Below are positions 34,671-46,206 of a DNA stretch of 64,000 nt, piece by piece (position 1 is the stretch's first letter; every line of letters starts with the position of its first letter). Below the pieces are notes generated by a model. That model was not told the DNA's origin, made no database searches, and saw only the letters and a list, made by a program, of their open reading frames with translations. This stretch comes from Candidatus Marinacidobacterales bacterium (lineage in GTDB: Bacteria; Acidobacteriota; Vicinamibacteria; Marinacidobacterales; SMYC01): contig OZ250169.1 of the NCBI GenBank assembly GCA_965237955.1, forward strand, positions 64,001-128,000, in the 5' to 3' direction. The position numbers were made by a program, and so were the translations under genes.

Positions 34671-36691
34671 TGTCAACGCCGGCCGAAAACTGCGCATTCA
34701 TGGCGGATGAAAATTGCACACCCGAGCCATGGGTGGCGAACCCTATGACGCCGTCGCCTCCGTGTATTTCCTATGAGATTTAGCCGGCGGGTGAGGTTCG
34801 TCCGAACCCGCCGGATGGAGCGCTCGCCACAGTTCGGAGTGCTCTCTCATGCGGTAACTGTTTCCTCGGATGTTGACGAGGTGGCAGTGGTGCAGAATGC
34901 GGTCGATGAGAGCGGCGGCCATGACTTCGTCGCCAAGGATCTCGCCCCATTCCTCGAAACTTTTGTTAGAGGTGAGCACGGTCGAAGCGCGCTCGTATCG
35001 CCTACTTATGAGCTGGAAAAAAAGCACCGCGCCGGTCTGGGTGACGGATAACTGAGAACCGCGAGTCGACGAGTGAGGCGGCCCGCGTCACGCTGAGCTC
35101 ATCACCTCCCTCGAAGAGGTTGCCGTAATAGACGCGCCGTCCATTCTGGGCAGCGGCGATGGCAAGATGAGTTTTGCCCACACCAGTAGGTCCCAATAAG
35201 ACGACGTTCTCCTTACGTTCAACGAACCCGAGCTCGTGAAGGTTCTCAATCTGCTCGCGTTTGATCGATGGCTGGAACGAAAAATCGAACTCATCGATTG
35301 TTTTGACCGCGGGGAGTCGTGAGGAGCGCATCGCCGCTTGGAGACGACGGTTGTTTCTCAACGTGATCTGCGCTCCAAGAAGGTTCTCGATGGCCTCCGC
35401 CGTTGTGACCGCACCGCCATCGGCATCAGATAGTACGCGGTCGACAGCTTCGAGCGCGCCAGGCATCTTTAGGTCGGCCAGCATCGTACGGATCTGCTCA
35501 CGTCGCGATATTGTGCTCGCCTTCATTGTCCACCTCCAACGAGCCGCGTGTAGACTTCGAGGGGACGATGCTCGACATCCATCGAAGGCAGTGTGGTTAA
35601 GCAGGCTTTTGGAGTTCTTCTCGCGGGTTGGTTTGGCAGTACAAGAGAGCGATATGGCCGCTCAACGAGCGGTCTCAGAGTGGCCCTTTCATCGCGCGCG
35701 AATCGTTCTATCGGTCGTTCGTTGGTTGTGCGATGGAGTCGGACGTTGGCGACGTCACTCAGCCAACGCTCGAGCTGAGCATCGAGGTCGTCATCGTTGA
35801 TAAAGTGGCGACCGTAGAAGAAGCTTCCTCTCACATAGCGGATTGGCCTTTCCACTTTGCCCTTGGTCTTCGCCCGATACGGGCGACACGCTCTTGTTCG
35901 AAACTCCCAGTGGTGGGCGAAGCGGACGAACTCTGGGTTCTCAACGAGAGGGCCACCTTCCCGGCGGTGATCCTCGACGATGACCGAACGCATCTGGTCA
36001 AAAAGGAGCTCTTTGGGAACTCCTCCAAAAAATAGGAAGGCCTGCTCAAGCCCCGCGAACAACGTCCGCATGTCCTGTCGCTTGAAAAACCGAAGCCATA
36101 GCAGCCTCGAGTATCCGAGCACCACGAGAAGTGCCCACCGACGACCCCATGGCAAACGAAAGTGTGCAAAATCGACCTGAGCTTGGTGGCCTGGTGGGGT
36201 CTCGAAACGCACCAGCGGCTCCGCCGGTGGCTGTGGGCGAATCTGCCGCACGTACTCCTTGACCTGCGTGTAGCCGCCTTCATAGCCCGCGGCACGGATC
36301 TCATCATGCAGGCGTACTGAACTCAGCTCCGGGAACTCGTGCAGGCGCGAATGAAGGATCTCCCGGTACGGGTCGATCCTGCGCTCGATCCGCGGACGCT
36401 TCTTGTAGCGCACCGTTTCCTCGTCCAACTCTCGGTCCAGTTGACCCGTCTTTATCCAGTGGTGGACCGTTCGGCGGCTGATTCCTAGCTTGTCTGCTAG
36501 CGCCGCCTTCTTGATTCCCTGCTCCAAATACTCTCGTAGTAACACTCGTTTCTCCCTTCCGTACATCGGCGCCTCCACTCCGGAAACGCCATTCTGATTG
36601 AAGGCGCGCCGTCATGTCTGGCACTCCAGACACACGACAACGGCCTCCTTTTACGGATGGCCGAGTGTGCAATTTACGCCCGCCGCTAACA
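34671..36691 (-). mobile_element. IS21-family element (different type), degenerate
   Basis: Ends TGTCAACGCCGGC/TGTTAGCGGCGGGC with a 5-bp duplication AAGAA. istA is 35523-36566. istB (34743-35526) is broken by a deletion/frameshift. Confidence 0.88.
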
Positions 36692-36724
36692 AAGAAGAGC
36701 TATTGATGATTCTAATCATCCCCC

Positions 36725-37684
36725 CTAAATCATGGGCTTATTGATTAGGGTATATATCTCCGGCCGGCGTACTTTGTATGTTGGTAATGATTGTCGAACC
36801 CTATTATTTTCCTCCAAGTCCAGCTCGTAGCTGATCTCCTCCGGCTGGGTTGACGAAGCTTGAATCACAACTTTTCCGGCAGGATGAATCATCGAGCTGA
36901 GACCATAAAATCGTGTCTTTTGATCTTCCACTTCTTCGACGCCCACCCGATTTGCACTACAGACCCACATACAGTTCTCTAAAGCACGAGTCCTGAGCTC
37001 GGGAGTGTACATCTCCTCAGCACTCGCGCCACTGCTCTCGGGAGCCAGAACGTAATCCCCGGGCCTGGGTGCGAGGACAAAAGAACATACCGGGACAAAT
37101 GCTATTTCTGCCCCCTGGAGAGCTATCATCCTGAAACTTTCAGGAAAACGTCTTTCGAAGCAGATAGCGATCCCTATTTTGGCTTTCGGCGTGTCGAATA
37201 CGGGGACACCAGCCCCTTCCTTGAAGTAGGACCTTTCATCATATCGGTTGGGTAGGGTCGGCATATACGGTATATGATTTTTGGCATGACGGAGAACTCT
37301 GGATCCGTCCGGCATAGTGCCTGCTACTATCTCACCGTTGGGTCCGATAACTACCGCACTGTTGTAGTAGATTCCCTCAATAGATGACCTCTCGAACATG
37401 GGAAGAACGATGCAGAGTTCATACTTTTTAGCCTTCTCCCCTACCAATTTTGTGATCGGTCCAGGGATCGGTTCCGCCCAATCAAAATATTTCTGATTTG
37501 AAGGGCCGGCGGGAAAATACTGGGTCGTGGACAACTCGGTAGGCATCAAGAAATCAGGGCGCTCTTTCTCAGCCACCTGGTCAATTTTTTCAAGAAGGGC
37601 TTTTATGTTCTCCTCTTTGCACTCCGTCGCCGGCCCTTGCTGAATCAGAGAAACTTTGACTAATCTGTTGCCGTCAATACCCAT
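36725..37684 (-). CDS. Carbon-nitrogen hydrolase (nitrilase superfamily; carbamoylase/ureidopropionase-like)
   Basis: Glu-Lys-Cys triad context PTELSTT, AKNHIP and ICFERRFPE. Confidence 0.88.
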   Translation of the reverse strand: MGIDGNRLVKVSLIQQGPATECKEENIKALLEKIDQVAEKERPDFLMPTELSTTQYFPAGPSNQKYFDWAEPIPGPITKLVGEKAKKYELCIVLPMFERSSIEGIYYNSAVVIGPNGEIVAGTMPDGSRVLRHAKNHIPYMPTLPNRYDERSYFKEGAGVPVFDTPKAKIGIAICFERRFPESFRMIALQGAEIAFVPVCSFVLAPRPGDYVLAPESSGASAEEMYTPELRTRALENCMWVCSANRVGVEEVEDQKTRFYGLSSMIHPAGKVVIQASSTQPEEISYELDLEENNRVRQSLPTYKVRRPEIYTLINKPMI

Positions 37685-37729
37685 AGAGGGACACCCTCCT
37701 TTTCTTGTTGCCACGCTCAGTTATCATGT

Positions 37730-38485
37730 TCACTGCTCCTCGGGCGGTAATACATCTTCCAACTCTACTTTTCCCAACAGCACGTTCGCAGCAGTCCGAA
37801 TGTGGATTTCTGCCGAAGGAAGCAAAGGCAAACTGGGTACGTGTTCTTGCTGGACTAACAGCTCGATTTCTGTACAACCCAAAATACACGCTTCTGCCCC
37901 CCGCGCTTCGAGCCCACGAATCGCGTTCACCATTTTCGTTCTCGACTCGTCTCGAAACACATTGTGCGATAGTTCTTGACAGATGATCTCATAAATTTCT
38001 TCATGAGTCTGTTCATCTTCTGGCACGGACGCCGTGATACCGTGGAGCATCAAACGTGACTTCAAGTAGTCCTCCTCCATGGTGGGCTTCGTCCCAATCA
38101 GGCCCACTTTCGAGAAGCCTTGCTTTTTCAACTGGGAAGCACAACAGTCAGCAATGTGCAACACTCCAAGTTTTGGAAATTCACGTTTGACTGCTGGTAC
38201 ACAGATGTGACCCGTGTTGGAGGCAATCACCAAAATGTCACAGCCGGCCGCCACAAGGTTACGAACTCCGGTGATGAGGTGTTCCTCAACCTTGGCAAAC
38301 GATTTCAAAGTAAGGTAATGGACATACTCGTCGCAATCGACAGAAACCATGACAATGGACGGGTTGGGGGACATGACATGGCATTTGGGAGTGTTCGCGA
38401 GAACTCTTTCGTTGATGCCCTTGAAGTAATCTAAGCCCGAGACGTAGGAGATTCCTGTCAAAATGCCGAGAGTGGTGGTTGTCAT
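37730..38485 (-). CDS. Aspartate/glutamate racemase family protein
   Basis: IASNTGH, LHIAD, GLIGTKPTME and ILGCTEI. Confidence 0.9.
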   Translation of the reverse strand: MTTTTLGILTGISYVSGLDYFKGINERVLANTPKCHVMSPNPSIVMVSVDCDEYVHYLTLKSFAKVEEHLITGVRNLVAAGCDILVIASNTGHICVPAVKREFPKLGVLHIADCCASQLKKQGFSKVGLIGTKPTMEEDYLKSRLMLHGITASVPEDEQTHEEIYEIICQELSHNVFRDESRTKMVNAIRGLEARGAEACILGCTEIELLVQQEHVPSLPLLPSAEIHIRTAANVLLGKVELEDVLPPEEQ

Positions 38486-38569
38486 AACTCCCTCGGTGAG
38501 TTTGAGAAAGGGGTTATCATTGGCCCGTAAATCTAAATTGGAGATTTCAGATCAAGGGATTCTTGGACA

Positions 38570-39889
38570 ATGAACGCAGTGGTTGTTGCTGTTCTACTGA
38601 TGCTTGGCTTGAGCCTGATGCGGGTCAATGTCGTTCTTGCCCTGGTCTTTAGTGCGCTGACCGGTGGAATGATAGGCGGCTTGTCATTGGCTGATACGGT
38701 CAGTGTTTTTGGCAAGGGCTTAGGTGGCAACGCGACCATTGCTTTGAATTATGTCATGTTGGGGGCCTTTGCGGTGGCTATCTCCAAATCTGGGATCACC
38801 GATGTGTTGGCACTCAAAGTTATCTCTAAAATCAAACACGCTGGTGCCGCAGAAATAGTGTGGGTCAAAGCGATTTTATTCGGCGTCATCTTGCTGGCAG
38901 CCGTTTCTTCGCAGAATCTGGTGCCGGTCCATATCGCCTTTATTCCGATTCTGATCCCACCGTTATTACATGTCATGGCGCAACTACGGCTCGATCGGCG
39001 CCTGATCGCCTGCGTGCTGACCTTTGGCTTAACGGCCTCCTATATGCTGCTGCCCATTGGTTTTGGTGGAATATTTTTGAAAGAGCTCCTGCTTGAGAAT
39101 TTAGTGGCTAATGGCTCGACCGTGACCGCCGATCAACTTCCACTGGTGATGGCGATCCCCGTTGGCGGCATGTTTATCGGCTTGCTGGTGGCGATATTTT
39201 TCAGCTACCGTAAACCCCGTGACTATTCTCTTGACGAAATTCTTACCTTGGAGCCCGAAACGCAATCCTTGAATCCGCGGCATATCGGCGTAGCAATATT
39301 GGCGATTGTGGTCGCTTTTGGGCTGCAACTTTATACCGACTCTATCATTGTCGGTTCGCTGGCCGGACTGGTGACTTTTATTCTCGGCTCCGTCATTCGT
39401 CTTAATGAAACCCAAGATGTCTTTACCCGCGGTGTACATATGATGGCAATGATTGGTTTTATTATGATCGCCGCGTCTGGTTTTGCCGAAGTCATGAAAG
39501 CAACCCAGGGCATCGATTCTCTGGTGAGCTCAGTGACCGAGCTTATCGGTAGCAACAAACCGATGGCGGCCATATTGATGTTGCTAACCGGGCTGCTGGT
39601 CACCATGGGCATTGGCTCTTCTTTTTCAACCATTCCCATTATCGCGCCAATTTATGTCCCCATGGCAATGGGATTTGGGTTTTCTCCACTGGCAACGGCA
39701 GCACTGGTCGGAACCGCCGCAGCACTAGGCGATGCCGGCTCCCCTGCCTCTGACTCTACCCTGGGGCCAACCGCTGGCCTTGGCGCCGACGGGCAACACG
39801 ATCACATCTGGGACAGCGTAGTACCAACCTTTCTTCACTATAATATTCCGTTGATCATCTTTGGCACCATTGCGGCGCTGATACTGTAA
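38570..39889 (+). CDS. Na+/H+ antiporter-family (YuiF-like) amino-acid transporter
   Basis: Highly hydrophobic, with [28 protein letters not shown] and DGQHDHIWD. Confidence 0.88.
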   Translation: MNAVVVAVLLMLGLSLMRVNVVLALVFSALTGGMIGGLSLADTVSVFGKGLGGNATIALNYVMLGAFAVAISKSGITDVLALKVISKIKHAGAAEIVWVKAILFGVILLAAVSSQNLVPVHIAFIPILIPPLLHVMAQLRLDRRLIACVLTFGLTASYMLLPIGFGGIFLKELLLENLVANGSTVTADQLPLVMAIPVGGMFIGLLVAIFFSYRKPRDYSLDEILTLEPETQSLNPRHIGVAILAIVVAFGLQLYTDSIIVGSLAGLVTFILGSVIRLNETQDVFTRGVHMMAMIGFIMIAASGFAEVMKATQGIDSLVSSVTELIGSNKPMAAILMLLTGLLVTMGIGSSFSTIPIIAPIYVPMAMGFGFSPLATAALVGTAAALGDAGSPASDSTLGPTAGLGADGQHDHIWDSVVPTFLHYNIPLIIFGTIAALIL

Positions 39890-39983
39890 GTCGTTCCCGC
39901 CCTAGACATGCCTCGCCGTTGTATGATTTAAACCTCGGATCTCGTAAATTCACTTGCCCGACAATATCAGGGGAGGACGAATC

Positions 39984-42098
39984 ATGATCGGTCGCCGATC
40001 TACTCTCTGGCCGAAAGCCGCATTCCTGAGCAGGTTCGTAGGCGCCCTGGTGGCACTGCTGCTGCTCGGCACTTCACTCCAGTCTGCCCAGGACGTCTTC
40101 ACGCCCTACCACGTGGCTCGTATCCGGACGGTCACGTCGGTGGCCATCTCGCCCGACGGCGCTAGGGTCGCCTATGAGCTGACTGTTCCTCGAAATCCTT
40201 TCGATGAGACGGACGGCCCCGCATGGAGCGAACTTCACGTCGTAGATCGTGCCGGTGAAATCCGTCCCTACGTGACGGGGCAAACCAACCTAAGCGCCGC
40301 AGCCTGGACACCCGACGGGAAGGGCCTCTCTTTTCTGGCCAAACGGAAGGATGACGAGCACCAATCGCTCTATCGGATCGAGCTAAACGGTGGCGAGGCC
40401 CGGCGCATCGTGAGTCACGCCACAGACATTGTTGAATATGTCTGGTCTCCGGACGGTGAGCGAGTCGCCTACCTTGCTACCCAGGCCGATGACCAGGAGA
40501 TCAGAGAGCTCGAAGAAAAGGGGTTCGATCAGATCATTTACGAAGAGGACTGGCGGCCAGTTCGCATCTGGCTCACCCGTCCTGAGGCCCGGGAGGAAGA
40601 CGCACGCTTGGTCGAGCACGAGGGCTCGGCCTCGAGCCTCCACTGGAGCCCGGTGGGATCGAAGCTAGCGGTGACGCTCGCGCCCACGGCTCTCATCGAC
40701 GATCAATACATGCGGCGCAAGCTTCACGTCCTCGACGCCGAGGAAGGCACCGTCCTCGCCCGATTCGACAATCCCGGAAAAATCGGAGAGATCGCTTGGA
40801 GCACGGACGGCAGGCACGTGGCTGCGGTCTCGGGAGCCGACCCGAACGACCCGTTCGCGGGACGGCTCATGGTCGCCTCGTCGAAGGGGGGTGTGCTCAC
40901 CGATATCATGCCGGACTACGACCTCGGGCACGTCAGCGACATCGTCTGGCATGATGCGGAAACGCTCGCTTTCCTCGCCTACGAAGGGGTTCTGAGCTTT
41001 TATGGCCGCGTGAGTCTCGACGGCTCAGGCCTCGAGAAAATCGTTCCGCTCGGTGGACCGGTTCTCCGCCGCCTTTCCCTTTCAGAAGACAGCTCGGCCG
41101 CCGCTTTCCTCGCCGAGAGCCCTAGACATCCGCGAGAGGTCTTTTACATGAAGGGGGGAGATGCCGAGCCTCGACGATTGACGCATAGCAACTCGTGGTT
41201 TTCCCGAATGCGGTTGGCTCGCCAAGAGGTTGTGCGCTTCAAGGCCCGTGACGGTCTCGAGCTCGAGGGACTCTTGATACGGCCGCTCGACGAAGAGGAA
41301 GGTGTCCGCTACCCACTCATCCTCAACGTCCACGGCGGCCCCGACAGCCACTACTCCCACGGCTGGCTAACCTCCTACACTTCACCCGGCCAGATAGCGG
41401 CGGCGCGAGGCTTCGCGATCTTCTATCCCAATTACCGCGGGAGCACGGGCCGCGGCGTTCGTTTCTCCAAGCACGGGCACGCGGATGCAGCGGGCAAGGA
41501 ATTCGACGATCTCGTCGACGCCGTGGATCACCTGATCGGCACGGGGCTGGTCGATGGCGACCGGGTCGGCATCACCGGCAGCTCCTACGGGGGCTACGCG
41601 TCTGCGTGGGGAGCCACCTATTACAGTGATCGCTTCGCCGCCGCCGTCATGTCCGCCGGCATCAGCGACGCCATCTCCAAGGTCGGCACCACCGACATTC
41701 CTTACGAGATGTTCATGGTGCACCACCGCAAATGGCTTTGGGACGACTGGGAATACTTCTTGAAACGCTCGCCCATTTACTACGTGAACCGGGCCCGCAC
41801 GCCGATCCTGATCTTGCACGGCGCAGAGGACCCGCGGGTTCACCCCAGCCAGGCCATGGAGCTCTATCGCCACCTCAAGGTCCAGGGGAAGGTGCCGGTT
41901 AGGCTCGTTCTCTACCGAGGCGAAGGACACGCATACGACCGAGCCGCTTCACGGCTCGACCGCAGCTCAAGGACGCTGCGCTGGTTGGAGCACTACTTGA
42001 AGGGACCTGGAGGCGATCCACCTTCCGTTCGTATCGAATACGAGCGGACGTCCGCGGAAACGGCTCAGGAGCTAGGAATTGCTACCTCCAAATACTGA
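39984..42098 (+). CDS. S9 family (prolyl oligopeptidase/acylaminoacyl) peptidase
   Basis: Signal peptide, propeller repeats, HGGP, GSSYGG, HGAEDPRV and EGH. Confidence 0.93.
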   Translation: MIGRRSTLWPKAAFLSRFVGALVALLLLGTSLQSAQDVFTPYHVARIRTVTSVAISPDGARVAYELTVPRNPFDETDGPAWSELHVVDRAGEIRPYVTGQTNLSAAAWTPDGKGLSFLAKRKDDEHQSLYRIELNGGEARRIVSHATDIVEYVWSPDGERVAYLATQADDQEIRELEEKGFDQIIYEEDWRPVRIWLTRPEAREEDARLVEHEGSASSLHWSPVGSKLAVTLAPTALIDDQYMRRKLHVLDAEEGTVLARFDNPGKIGEIAWSTDGRHVAAVSGADPNDPFAGRLMVASSKGGVLTDIMPDYDLGHVSDIVWHDAETLAFLAYEGVLSFYGRVSLDGSGLEKIVPLGGPVLRRLSLSEDSSAAAFLAESPRHPREVFYMKGGDAEPRRLTHSNSWFSRMRLARQEVVRFKARDGLELEGLLIRPLDEEEGVRYPLILNVHGGPDSHYSHGWLTSYTSPGQIAAARGFAIFYPNYRGSTGRGVRFSKHGHADAAGKEFDDLVDAVDHLIGTGLVDGDRVGITGSSYGGYASAWGATYYSDRFAAAVMSAGISDAISKVGTTDIPYEMFMVHHRKWLWDDWEYFLKRSPIYYVNRARTPILILHGAEDPRVHPSQAMELYRHLKVQGKVPVRLVLYRGEGHAYDRAASRLDRSSRTLRWLEHYLKGPGGDPPSVRIEYERTSAETAQELGIATSKY

Positions 42099-43657
42099 CC
42101 GGCCGAAACGTTCGTGAGCACCTGAGTCACGCCGTTGGGCCAGACAATTCACAGCTCATCCACTACCTGGGCCGCTCCCAAACCAATGTGAACCGGCAAG
42201 TCGTCCTGATGAAACGTGCCCACCATCAGAAAGGTATCGCGCCTGAGGGTTCGCTCCTGGGGCGTGCCTTGATGAATCGTTGCGTAGACTTGAGCTCCGA
42301 TACCGGAGGGGTTGTTTTTGGTGCCTTTGAGGCGAACAAACAACCACCCGTTTCCGTTCGTCGAGGCGTAACTGACAAAGAATCGCTGAGGCAGGCCCGG
42401 GCCCGTTGAGGCAAACAAGTCGAGATCGCCGTCGAGGTCGTAGTCCACAAAGGTGCTGTCGTAGCCCTCGTCGGGCCCCGTCCGAAGGCCTTCCTGGGTC
42501 GATACGTGAGTAAACCGAAAGTCGCCATCGTACCGGAAGAGCGTTCGTCCAATGGGACCCGTTTGATCCTGAGCGAACAGGTCGAGATCGCCATCATTGT
42601 CGTAGTCCACCGCTTGCGCGCCGGCTGATAACGTCGCGGACGATTGGTAGGCAATTGCAGGTTCAGGTTTGTCTTCGTCAACACTCCCAAGTGAAAGTTC
42701 GTCAACATCCTCATCAAGCAATTCTGCGAAGTGAAGTTCCTTGAACGTTGTGTCTCCGTCATTCCGCCAGATTGCGTTTGGATTCCCTTGGGCCCCTATC
42801 AAGTAAAGATCCAAATCGCCGTCGTCGTCGAAATCAGCGAACTGCGTACCGAAAGTACTCGGATAGAACTGTGTGTCCGTGCGGTCGATGACGTCAATAA
42901 ACCGAAGTACGCCCGTATCGCTGAGCTGGTTTTCGAAGAAGGTATTCGGAATACGGTTCCCAATCAGGCACGTTGAGATATAGATATCGAGGTCCCCGTC
43001 TCCGTCATAATCGCCGATGGCCAAACCGTAACCATGGGAGGTTGGATCGGCGAAACCGGTCTGCTCGCCGATCGGACGGAACTGCCCCGGCGCGAATTGC
43101 TCGTAGAGCTCATGCGGCTGGCTGAACATGAGGACCAGGAGATCCAGGTCCCCGTCCTGATCGATATCAACCCAAGCGATGTTTTCATGGTTGTAAGGGT
43201 CGTCGAGTCCGGTCTGTGCGCCAAAATTCACGAACCCGGTCCCGCCCTCCATAAGCATGTTTCTGAACAGATCGCCACGGGTGTCTCCATTGCCGGAATG
43301 CTCCCGGCCGAGGAAAAGGTCGACGTCCCCGTCACCATCGTAGTCCGCCCAGGCGGAGCTCCTTCCATACTGGTCCAAGTTGTCGAGCCCAACTTCGACA
43401 GTGACGTCGGTGAAGGTGGCACTGCCCGAACCGATGGTGTTGTTTCGCAACAGTCGCTGTGCCTGGACGGTGCCCTGAATGAAAAGATCGGGGTCGCCAT
43501 CGTTATCATAGTCGGCGAACGATCCGCTTCGCGCGTTCTCGTTTCCAATATTTCCCAGAATCTCGGCCCCGCGCTCTTCGAAGGTCTGGGCGGGGGACAA
43601 AGAGGGAGCTCCTAATGCCACGACCGCTAATGTAATAAGAGTCTTATGATGGAACAT
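42065..43657 (-). pseudogene. FG-GAP/CRTAC1-ASPIC protein, copy A, with a premature stop at 42149
   Basis: DYDNDGD repeats. TGA replaces the CGA of the paralog, and IVWPNGVTQVLTNV.. continues to 42065. Confidence 0.82.
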
Positions 43658-44465
43658 CGATCGCCGCCTTCCGGTTGAACCTCTCCCAGGAGTCAGGCCT
43701 TTTCTTACTTGATCCAACGTAGCACACTTCTCATCTGGGCCCCTTTCTCCTGCAGCTTGATGTTGTAACGTCATCAAACTACGGGTTTGGAGCCGTTTCA
43801 ATTTCCGACCAAGAGTAACACTTTCCGTTTCAGTTCAAAAGGGCTTTAAATTGAACCCTCAGGAGAGCATCAACCCAACTCGAGAGCAGACCAGATGACG
43901 CGGCGGTCCCTCGAGATGCTCTCCGGAGCCCGCGAATCCTTTGGCCAACGTGATCGCCCAAGAAAACCCCTCCTCCGCCCAGCAAAATGCCGCCATACGG
44001 TGTCCAGCGGCCCGAATTCTGCCTGCACTCACCTTCTGCTTCCCTGAAGGATTAGCCACACGTCGCTTCTGCCGCTCTTGGGCTTTTGCTATGCTCCAGG
44101 ACGGACGGCATGGACCTTTTTCTCGTACACGCTGAGAAAATTGGCACCGGCACGCATCCGCCCGACATGATTTTTCCTATCTCTATCTCTTTTCAAGGTG
44201 TCCCGGTGAACTCGAGGCGCACTTCCTTGCCTGGGCATCCGAGGGATCCGCCAGCCAGGATGCTGAGGCCGAAAAGCATGGTTTCGAGACCCGATATCTC
44301 GCGGAGGGGTCCTTGGACCGTGCCCTCAATCGTGCTTATGAGGTTGTGTCGACGCGCACCGTCTCGCGTTAGTGAAAGTGGATTGGTCACGAATTCAAAT
44401 CCATTGCTTTCGAGGTTTACGTCCTCAACCGGGTAGGGGCTGCCGGACTCTCAATACATTCGTGA

Positions 44466-46007
44466 TTAAGAGGCGCTAGGAATCGTTACTTCCAGATACT
44501 GACCGGCCGAAACGTTCGTGAGCACCTGAGTCACGCCGTTAGGCCAGACAATTCGAAGCTCATCCACTACCTGGGCCGCTCCCAAACCAATGTGAACCGG
44601 CAGGTCGTCCTGATGAAACGTGCCCACCATCAGAAAGGTATCGCGCCTAAGGGTTCGCTCCTGGGGCGTGCCTTGATGAATAGTCGCGTAGACTTGAGCT
44701 CCGATACCGGTGGGGTTTTTTTCGGTGCCTTTGAGGCGAACATACAACCACTGGTTTCCGTTCGTCGAGGCGTAACTGACAAAGAATCGCTGAGGCAGGC
44801 CCGCTTTCGTTGAGGCAAACAAGTCGAGATCGCCGTCGAGGTCGTAGTCCACAAAGGCGCTGTCGAAGCCGCCGTCGGCTTGCGTCCGAAGGCCCTCCTG
44901 TGTCGATACGAGAGTAAACAGCCAGTCGCCATCGTTCCGGAAGAGCATTCGTCCAATGGAACCCGCTTGATCCTGAAAGAGCAGGTCGAGATCGCCATCA
45001 TTGTCGTAGTCCGCCGCTTGCCCGCCGACTGATAACGTCGTGGACGATTGGTAGAGAACTACGTCTCCCCCAATGCCGTGAACTTCGGCGAACGTTCCGT
45101 CTCCCTCATTCCGCCAGAGTTCGTTTGGATTCCCTTGGGCCCCTATCATGTAAAGATCCAAATCGCCGTCGTCGTCGAAATCAGCGAACTGCGAACCGTA
45201 ACTATTCGGAAGGACCTGTGTGCCCGTGCGGTCGGTGACGTCAATAAACCGAAGAACGCCCGTATCGCTGAGCTGGTTTTCGAAGAAGGTATTCGGAATA
45301 CGGTTCTCAATCGCGCACGTTGAGATATAGATATCGAGGTCCCGGTCTCCGTCATAATCGCCGATGGCCAAACCGTAACCATGGGAGGTTGGATCGGCGA
45401 AACCGGTCTGCTCGCCGATCGGACGGAACTGCCCCGGCGCGAATTGCTCGTAGAGCTCATGCGGCGCGAGTTCCTTGAGGACCAGGAGATCCAGGTCCCC
45501 GTCCTGATCGATATCGACCCAAGCGAGGTTGTCAGTCCAGTCAGCGTCGTCGAGTCCGGTCGGTGCGCTAAAATTCGTGAAACCGGTCCCGCCCTCCATA
45601 CGGAGGTTTCTGAACAGATCGCCACGGGTGTCTCCATTGCCGGAATGCTCCTGGCCGAGGAAAAGGTCGACGTCCCCGTCGGCATCGTAGTCCGCCCAGG
45701 CGGAGCTCCATCCTTGCTGGTCCAAGTTGTCGAGCCCAACTTCGACAGTGACGTCGGTGAAGGTGGCACTGCCCGAACCGATGGTGTTGTTTCGCAACAG
45801 TCGCTGTGCCTGGACGCTGCCCTGAATGAAAAGATCGGGGTCGCCATCGTTGTCATAATCGGCGAACGATCCGCTTCGCGCGAGCTCGTTTCCAATATTT
45901 CCCAGAATCTCGGCCCCGCGCTCTTCGAAGGTCTGGGCGGGGGACAAAGAGGGAACGGCAAATGCCACGACCGCTGATGCAATAAAAATCTTGTGATGAA
46001 ACTTCAA
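44466..46007 (-). CDS. FG-GAP/CRTAC1-ASPIC (UnbV) secreted protein, copy B
   Basis: Multiple D(Y/F)DxDGDxD Ca-binding repeats and a C-terminal HIGLG..IVWPNG ASPIC domain. Confidence 0.9.
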   Translation of the reverse strand: MKFHHKIFIASAVVAFAVPSLSPAQTFEERGAEILGNIGNELARSGSFADYDNDGDPDLFIQGSVQAQRLLRNNTIGSGSATFTDVTVEVGLDNLDQQGWSSAWADYDADGDVDLFLGQEHSGNGDTRGDLFRNLRMEGGTGFTNFSAPTGLDDADWTDNLAWVDIDQDGDLDLLVLKELAPHELYEQFAPGQFRPIGEQTGFADPTSHGYGLAIGDYDGDRDLDIYISTCAIENRIPNTFFENQLSDTGVLRFIDVTDRTGTQVLPNSYGSQFADFDDDGDLDLYMIGAQGNPNELWRNEGDGTFAEVHGIGGDVVLYQSSTTLSVGGQAADYDNDGDLDLLFQDQAGSIGRMLFRNDGDWLFTLVSTQEGLRTQADGGFDSAFVDYDLDGDLDLFASTKAGLPQRFFVSYASTNGNQWLYVRLKGTEKNPTGIGAQVYATIHQGTPQERTLRRDTFLMVGTFHQDDLPVHIGLGAAQVVDELRIVWPNGVTQVLTNVSAGQYLEVTIPSAS

Positions 46008-46206
46008 TCGCGACCTTCCGGTTAAACTATTCCTGGTGTCAGGCGCTTTCTTACTCTACCGAATTTAGCACAAAGCGAGCGACTCTGAGCGAACGAAAGT
46101 CCATCACTGGTGAAAGTTTCAGCGAAACGTCGGGAAAGAGGAGTAAACTGCAACGCCGCAATGATAGAAGGCGTTGTTCGAGTCTTGGTGGAGGAGGCAA
46201 TCAATC

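Noticed and set aside
44193-44440. Short minus-strand ORF between the CRTAC1 paralogs
   Set aside because: It has no start context or recognisable motif and is probably a gene fragment, so it is not called.
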